From positions 11,185-75,184 of the forward strand of contig CALSCP010002736.1 in NCBI GenBank assembly GCA_943704425.1: a stretch of DNA of 64,000 bases, read 5' to 3'. Position 1 is the stretch's first letter; the number at the start of each line of letters is the position of its first letter. Positions 57,340 through 64,000 of this stretch are shown piece after piece. The position numbers were made by a program, and so were the translations under genes. The notes below the pieces were generated by a model. It worked only from the letters and a program-made list of their open reading frames with translations. It was not told where the DNA came from and searched no databases. Source of the stretch: Ministeria vibrans ATCC 50519 (lineage: Eukaryota > Protista > Filasterea).

Positions 57340-58358
57340 ATGGCCTGCGGTGCTGTTGGAACTTCTCAAGCTGCGACTGCTGAGGTGCAGGCGCTTTGCG
57401 ACAAGGTGACAACAAACGATTTGCTCCTGCTGCCCATCGCCGCTTCCTGCGCCTTGTTTCGCGCCGCCAACCCTGTCCACCCGCTCCACCTTGCCATGGA
57501 CCACCTTGCTGGCCTGCTACGGAGCGTTGTGTTCATTGCTAGAGAGTTTTTTGTGGGGATTTTCCCCTTTCTTGGCAATATCACTCCTCACGGCCGCTGC
57601 TTTTGACCGTTGCGTCGACCGATTGGGCGTAGGCACTTGGCATGCCCCTCCTATGGGTGCTGGCGTGGCAGGAGTTGAAGCACATCCGACTTTTTGTTTT
57701 TTTTTTTTTTTTTTTTTTTTTTTTTCTGCTTCTTCGCGAAACTTCTCTCTCGCGGCTGTCTCTCTGTTTCTGACGTGTGTGTCCACTTGCTAACGCATCG
57801 CCAGTGAGCACGCGTCCTGTGGATTCTGTTGCGTTTTTTTCCTTTGATTTTTTGAAATGATAATAACGTTTGAATGATAGTTCATTGTTATGACTACTCT
57901 CTGACACATAATGTAATTTGATAGGTCAAGGCCGAAATCGAGGGAAAGGCTGGCGCCACCTACTCGACGTTCACTGCCACGTCTTATGCTACACAGGTAT
58001 TATAAGAGACTATTCGATGTGGATCAATTGAAACATGATTTTGTTGTTGTTGTTTGTTACAGGTTGTGTCAGGCACAAACTACTTTGTCAAGGTATAGTA
58101 CTGCTAGCTAGCTATGGCTATGTTGTTGCTGATGATTTCCTTGTTGTGGTGTTTTGTCTCGTTGTGTAGATTGACGTTGGTGGTGCGTTCATCCATGCGC
58201 GCATCTACCAGGGACTGCCCCACACTGGCCCGTACGATAACCAAGCCACACACACGACAATGATATTAATTGTTAATCGTTTTGTTTATAGGACTGTCTC
58301 TGTCGCGGCTGTGCAGACTGGCAAGACCGCCGACGATGCTATCACCCACTTCGAGTAG
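57340..58358 (+). CDS. Cystatin A/B (stefin) cysteine protease inhibitor (exons 57340-57405, 57925-57996, 58063-58092, 58170-58231, 58292-58358)
   Basis: Spliced product MACGAVGTSQAATAEVQALCDKVKAEIEGK..SYATQVVSGTNYFVKIDVG..IHARIYQGLPH..AVQTGKTADDAITHFE*, with the QVVxG motif. Confidence 0.93.
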
Positions 58359-58690
58359 CTCACTCCTCTCAATACAAAGCAAACAAAACACACAAGTTTC
58401 AAAAGAATCGTTATCATTAATAATTGAATGAGACAACTTTTTTTGTTTATACAACCACGCTCAGAGCCCGTCAGAGGGGTTGTTTCGTATTTGGCTAACT
58501 ATCAAGATTCAGCATCATCGTGTTCATTATTCAAGTTTAGTCACTAGATCAAAATAATTATAACAATAATTAACAATACAATATAAATTTTAACTTTAAT
58601 CTTATTAATTATTATTATTCTTCTTTGTGACATTTGTAGTATCAGCGTTCACACCGCTGCGTCCTTCCAGAGAATCCAGACGGGACGCTG

Positions 58691-61598
58691 ATGGAGCGCT
58701 TCGAGGAGATTGAAACGATTGGCCGCGGTGCGTTTGGTCGAGCTATTCTGGCCAAGGACCGCGCCTCTGGTGCCCAGCGCGTCATCAAGCAGGTACAAGC
58801 TAGTCCGATAACTGCAACGTCTCACATTCGTGTTTTTGTTTGGTCTTTTTTTCTTTTTTCTCTCTCTCAGATCAATGTGTTTGACATGAGCGAAAAACAG
58901 CGTGTGGACGCCACAACGGAAGTCTACTGCCTTGCCCTGTTGAACCATCCCTGCATTATTGCCTACCACGAGGTAAGGAGAGTGCTTCTTCAGTGCAGTA
59001 TCGCAACAGACAAGCTGACACTGATTGACGTCTTTATATATAATAATAATTATTATTATTATATAACAAGAACTTCATTCACGACAGTCTCTTGTGCATT
59101 GTCATGGACTATGCGTCCGAGGGAGATTTATACGGCGTCATCCAGCAGGTATTCCTCGCTGCAACCAACCCCAATATATAATCAACTATTGCAACGCCTT
59201 GACATAATTATAATTATAATTATTATTACATTTCATGTCAACAGAAAAAGGAGACACACAAACGGTTTGACGAAGAGCAAGTGATCCGCTGGTTTACGCA
59301 GGTCGCACTCGGCCTCAAGCACTGTCACGACAAGAAGATTCTCCATCGCGACCTCAAGTCACAAAATGTCTTCTTGCAAGGAGGACGTGCCAAACTCGGT
59401 GATTTTGGCATTGCCAAATTGCTTTCGGGCGAATCGGATTTTGCAGTACGTTGAAATTTAACAAGACGAAAATAGAACCCAAGGGACTTTTGGGTGATAT
59501 TTGTAATGTGTATGCGTTTAATTTGTGGTTTTTTGATTGGTTAGAGAACAATGGTTGGCAGTCCATACAACATGTCACCCGAGATCTACGAAGTAATCAT
59601 GGGGACCGAGCGATGATTGAGGGAACATTGATTGTTTTGTGTGTGTCGGTATATAGGACAAACCGTACAATACGAAGAGTGATATGTGGTCAATGGGATG
59701 TCTCCTGTACGAAATGACGACGCTCACACACGCATTTGACGGACAGACATTGCCGGTAAGGAAGATAAAAAATTTGAGAGAACAGTGGAACCGTTTTGTA
59801 TGTAATTGATTATGCAGCGCTTAGTGAATAAGTCAATTGTGCCCACTGATCAATTATTATTATTATTATTCATTAAAATAGCGTCGGTGTGTGCTATTGA
59901 CCTTGGACTCGTTGAGTGCCAATAATATTGTGTTTGTGTTGCACTATTGCCTCGTTGTGTGCCCTCTTGTGTTCTAGTGCATTTACTATGAACTTATTAA
60001 TGAATTGAAGGAAGAAGAACTTGTGTCACTTGCGTGGATGTAAAAGCCTCTTGAGTGACTCTCTTTCCCTTTAGAGTAATCTTCACGTTAATTTTTATTA
60101 TTAATAGAACTATTATGGAAATGGATTAAATTATTTTAGTAATATTCACGTTAATTTTTATTATTAATAAGAATCGTTATGGAAATGTCTTTAATAATCT
60201 TCACGTTAATTATTATTATTAATAAGAACTATTATGAAAATTCCTTCTTCTTCTTTGCCAGGCACTCGTGTTGAAGATAATGAAGGGACAATATCCCGAG
60301 ATTGGACCAGAATACTCAACGGAACTGGCGCACCTGATTGACACGCTGTTGCGGGCGGATCCAGATGGACGACCGTCGGTGGACGAAGTGCTGTTGCTAC
60401 GACTGGTGCGGAGGGCCATGTTGGAGTGTGCAGGGGAGTATGAAGCGGATGTGCTGGGAAATTTGGGTGGGACACTGATTGGCGAGGAAGAAGAAGAGGA
60501 GGAGGAGGAGGAGGAGCTCGAGGAGGACGACAACGAAAGCGACAAGGAGGACGAAAATGAGGTTGGTGTCGTGAAGCCGGTGTCGTCGGGGATTGTGATG
60601 TCGGTGGGAGCGCGACGAAGAAGACAAGAGCAGCGGGGGGAAAAGCAGCGGAAAGAAATGGTGGAGCATGAGAGAGAGTTTCGGGCAGGAGTGCGACAGG
60701 TGCAGCCCAAGGTGACGGTGGAGGCATTGCGACGACGACACAGTCAGGGAGAGGAGACTGACACGACAATCAAGACGAAAAGAGCTTCGGTCAGCATGGT
60801 GGTTGGAGTGGGTCAAAAGCGGGAAAGTGCGAGTGCGTCAAAACGCAATGGGAGCGCTGGTGCTCGTGGTGGGGGAGAGAGAGTGGTGACCAAACGCGTG
60901 CCATTAATTCAGCCCGGAAGCCGCCCGACCTCTGCTGCAAGCATCCCCAGTGTATCGCAACAGCGGAGCAGTAGATCGTCCTCGTCTTCGTCACAGGGAG
61001 GGTTGGCGGTGCGTGGCACAAAGGCGGGCAAGGCATTGCCACCTGTGCCCACGACGAACGGAGGTGGCGCACCTGTGATTGCGCGAGGAGTCCGCACGAC
61101 GGCTGAGCGAGAGGCGCAGGAGGAGCGGGCACGTGAAAGGGTCGCTGAGCAACGCAAACGCAGTGTGGCAGACCGAGAGCGATTTCGCGAGTTAAGACGC
61201 GAGCTCAGACGACAGCAGACGGAGCGCAAGCGAAGTGGCAGCAACAACGCAGGGGGACTAGAAATTGTGTATGGCAAGGGGGCAAGTCATGAAACCGCAC
61301 CCGAAGAGGGCAAAGAAGAAGATGAGCTATTTGCTGAAGGGGAAGAGGATTCGAAGAGCAAAGAAGGTGGGACAGAGCGACGCGCTCAGATGCGCCAGTC
61401 GCTCATTGACCAGCTTGGAGAGGAACGGTATGTCGCACTGTACACTCACTTGAGGGCAAATCAAGACAATGATGAAGGAGGGCAGTCGGACGAGCGGTTG
61501 CGCGAGGTTCTGGGTGATGAGATGGCGGCGCTGCCGCACTGGCGTGACCTTGTGCGCTCTATCTCACATTTGGTCCTTATGGAGTCCAAAAGGCAGGC

Positions 61599-61602
<4 letters not shown>
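58691..61602 (+). CDS. NIMA-related (NEK1/3/5-like) Ser/Thr kinase with an acidic/coiled-coil C-terminus
   Basis: IGRGAFG, VIKQI, LNHPCIIAYHE, LCIVMDYASEGDL, KILHRDLKSQNVFL, KLGDFGIAK, GSPYNMSPE, PYNTKSDMWSMGCLLYEM and LVLKIMKG.Y. Confidence 0.93.
60077..60238. repeat. About 2.5-3 tandem copies of a ~63-bp AT-rich unit in a NEK intron
   Basis: TAAT(C/A)TTCACGTTAATT..TTATTAATA(A)GAA..TTATG(G/A)AA occurs three times. Confidence 0.85.
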
Positions 61603-61631
<29 letters not shown>

Positions 61632-62042
61632 TATAACGATCATACTCAATCATGGGTGTATCAGTGGGTATATATATGGCTCCTTTCGGGACATTCTCGT
61701 CTAGAAGACGACGGCGGAAGTATAGTACTGCTCTTTGATTGAGCTGTACTCAATGTCAAAACAAGACTATACACCAACAAATACAAAAAGCAACACAATA
61801 CTTCCGCCGTAGAATTATTAGTGTTAATTTAGAACGATCATCAGAGCAACCCATAAAAACACACTGACTACTAGGGCCCAAGAGCAAGGGTAGCGCCTCG
61901 TGTGGCAATTTATTATTATTATTATGAATTTATTATTATTATCACTTGATTATGATTACTATCATTCGATTCCCGTTGCGAAAAAATACGACTCGGCAAT
62001 ACATGCACAATATCACACGCACACACAGTTGATTCTGTTTAT

Positions 62043-64000
62043 TCATTTCTTCCGTCCCTTGCCCTTCCCGCCCGCCATTGCCACCGGCTGCACATCTCCC
62101 ACACTCCCAATCTTCCGCACAAGCTCTCCATACTCGGCACCCACTCGAAAGTCCAGCACAGCGTCCGTCCGAGCTTCCCACTCCGACCGCACTTCCCCAG
62201 TCTCACTCGCGCCCGCCTCTCCCTCCTTCGATCGCGCATACTGGTCCAACTCCGACTTCAGAGAAAGCGCCCGTCGTACTCCGCCCTCCTCTAGTGCACT
62301 CTTCACAAGCTCGCACGAGCTCCGCATCCGACCCGCCTCCAGCTGCAAATGCTCGTGTTGCTTACGCAGCACTTTGCTCTTCCGCTGCGCAAACTCACCC
62401 AGTTGCTCAAGCAGTTCCTTCTCCCGCTCATCCACTGCGTCCCGCAGCTGTTGCATTGCCGCTTGAATCGTCGCCGCGACGCGTCCTTGGTTCTCTTCCA
62501 CTTGCTGCGACACCCCGGCCACATGGGCTGCTGCACTGACCGACCGATCAGCCAGTTCCCACACACGCATCACCGTCTGCTCCAGCTCCGGCACCAACGA
62601 CCCCTCCACAATGTGTAACTCAATCAGGCGGTGACCCATATGATGCATCGACGCACACAAATGGCACAAAGGCACGCCGCAGTCCCGGCAGTACAGCTTC
62701 AGCGGCTCACCGTGCCCCAGAAGTGGACACAACACAAGTTTTGCGGGGATCTAGAACAAAGTCAGTGTGCGACGTTGTTGTGAGCACAATTACAAAATAA
62801 AAAGCACATACCTTTCGTGTGCCCCTCAACACCTCGATAGCGTGGCGCTCTTCCGCGTGTCGGTCCGCGTGCATTTCGCAAAGCTCCGTCTCACACGTGA
62901 TGCAATGCGCCACCGCCACATTCCTTCCCTATACATGCACGTATTTGCGTCACAATTTCCGCAAACTCGAAACTCACCTTGTAACACTCATTGCAGCAAG
63001 CTGGAGGCGCAGGATTCACGGTCGCCTTTGTCTTCGACTCCGCCAGCGTGATGAGCCCGTACGCCACGGTCAGTGCGTCAACCTCGTCGTACCCAGCCTT
63101 GCACACGGGACACACGCGAGGCGAATTCGCAACCAGACACGTCGTGCAGAAGACATGCGAGCACGCCAGCGACCGTGGCAATCGCTCAAGCCGATCAAAA
63201 GAATTGCGGCACACCGAACACTCCCACTCCTTGTATATGCTGGCCTTTGCGGTATTGCTTCGCATTGGTGTCGACATTGTCGACGGAGCGACGAGTCGTG
63301 TCTCCAGCTCAGGTGTAAGTGTCGCCGCAAGTGAATCGTGACCCCCAGCATCCGCCACATCCGCTGCGGTGCGACTGTGAAAATCGAGCATAGCCGGGTC
63401 GGCATGGAACGTCGCGCACAAAAGCCCGACGCAATCGACGTGGCCACCAGCAGCCGCCCAGTGCAGTGCCGTCATGCCGTTGTAGTCGCGCGCTGAAGTG
63501 GCATCCACACACGACTGAGCAATCAGCTCCACAATAGACACGTGACCTCCACCCGCAGCATGGTGCAGTGCCGTCGCACCATTGGCATCACGACTCACCG
63601 GTGCTTTACCCAACAGCGCCGTGACCGTGTTGATATCGCCAGAGGCAGCCGCAATGATCAGTGGAGGCGATTCTGTGTCCACAACCATCGCCTATAACAG
63701 AAAAGCAGTGATGACCATTGAACAATAAACAGAAGAGACTACCGGTGGGATGGCGCAGACAGGTGCAGATTGGAGAACAGGCTCAGGGGCGGCTGATTTC
63801 TCGAGAACATTCAGCACTTCTTTCGTGTAAGCAGTCCATTCTACAAAACAAAACAAAAACCCCAGGACATCGTGCACGCAGTGCTCTCGTTGAAAGTCTT
63901 ACCCGCTACAATTCACACCACAATCAATGACAACCCAATCACAATCCAATGTCAGTCAATTCTCCCTTCCATTCTTCTCTTTTCTCAACTTACCAGCTAC
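62043..64000 (-). CDS. Ankyrin-repeat + RING + two B-box + coiled-coil (TRIM-like) E3 ligase; 5' end lies outside the window
   Basis: Ankyrin repeats (GATALHHAAGGGH, GMTALHWAAAGGH), RING (CSVC..LPRSLACSHVFCTTC..CPVC), B-box1 (CNEC..HCITCETELCEMH..H..H), B-box2 (C..H.EPLKLYCRDCGVPLCHLC..HMGH) and a coiled coil. Confidence 0.88.

Overview
Gene-dense, intron-containing eukaryotic genomic DNA with short GT-AG introns, microsatellite-rich introns and intergenic regions, and one N gap at 53100-53108. It is most likely a unicellular opisthokont/holozoan; this is inferred from a NICE-3/C1orf43 homologue, a type I EF-hand diacylglycerol kinase, an RBCC/TRIM-like protein and a stefin. By splicing exons by eye I reconstructed 20 protein-coding genes: TAPT1 (partial), NDUFB10, type I DGK, TOR, NAD kinase, a Core-2/I-branching glycosyltransferase, choline/ethanolamine kinase, a tandem ADF-H protein, EFM7-like methyltransferase, NICE-3, a 95-aa membrane microprotein, SMARCAL1-like helicase, PHB-depolymerase-like esterase, midasin, MIX23/CCDC58, an LRR-like orphan, a GH3 glycosidase, cystatin B, a NEK kinase and an ankyrin-TRIM protein. 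The most striking observation is that TOR stops inside its kinase domain at a phase-1 splice donor. The next phase-1 acceptor, 479 nt on, opens a DGK gene that has no first exon, so cis-splicing gives an in-frame TOR-DGK chimera; trans-splicing or a mis-assembly at a poly-A run are the alternatives. Other notable items are a circularly permuted double ADF-H protein, candidate 3-nt microexons, a GH3 enzyme with KH replaced by DD plus a three-repeat insert, a shared intronic minisatellite core, and very compact head-to-head promoters. All family assignments come from motif recognition by eye; no database search was run.
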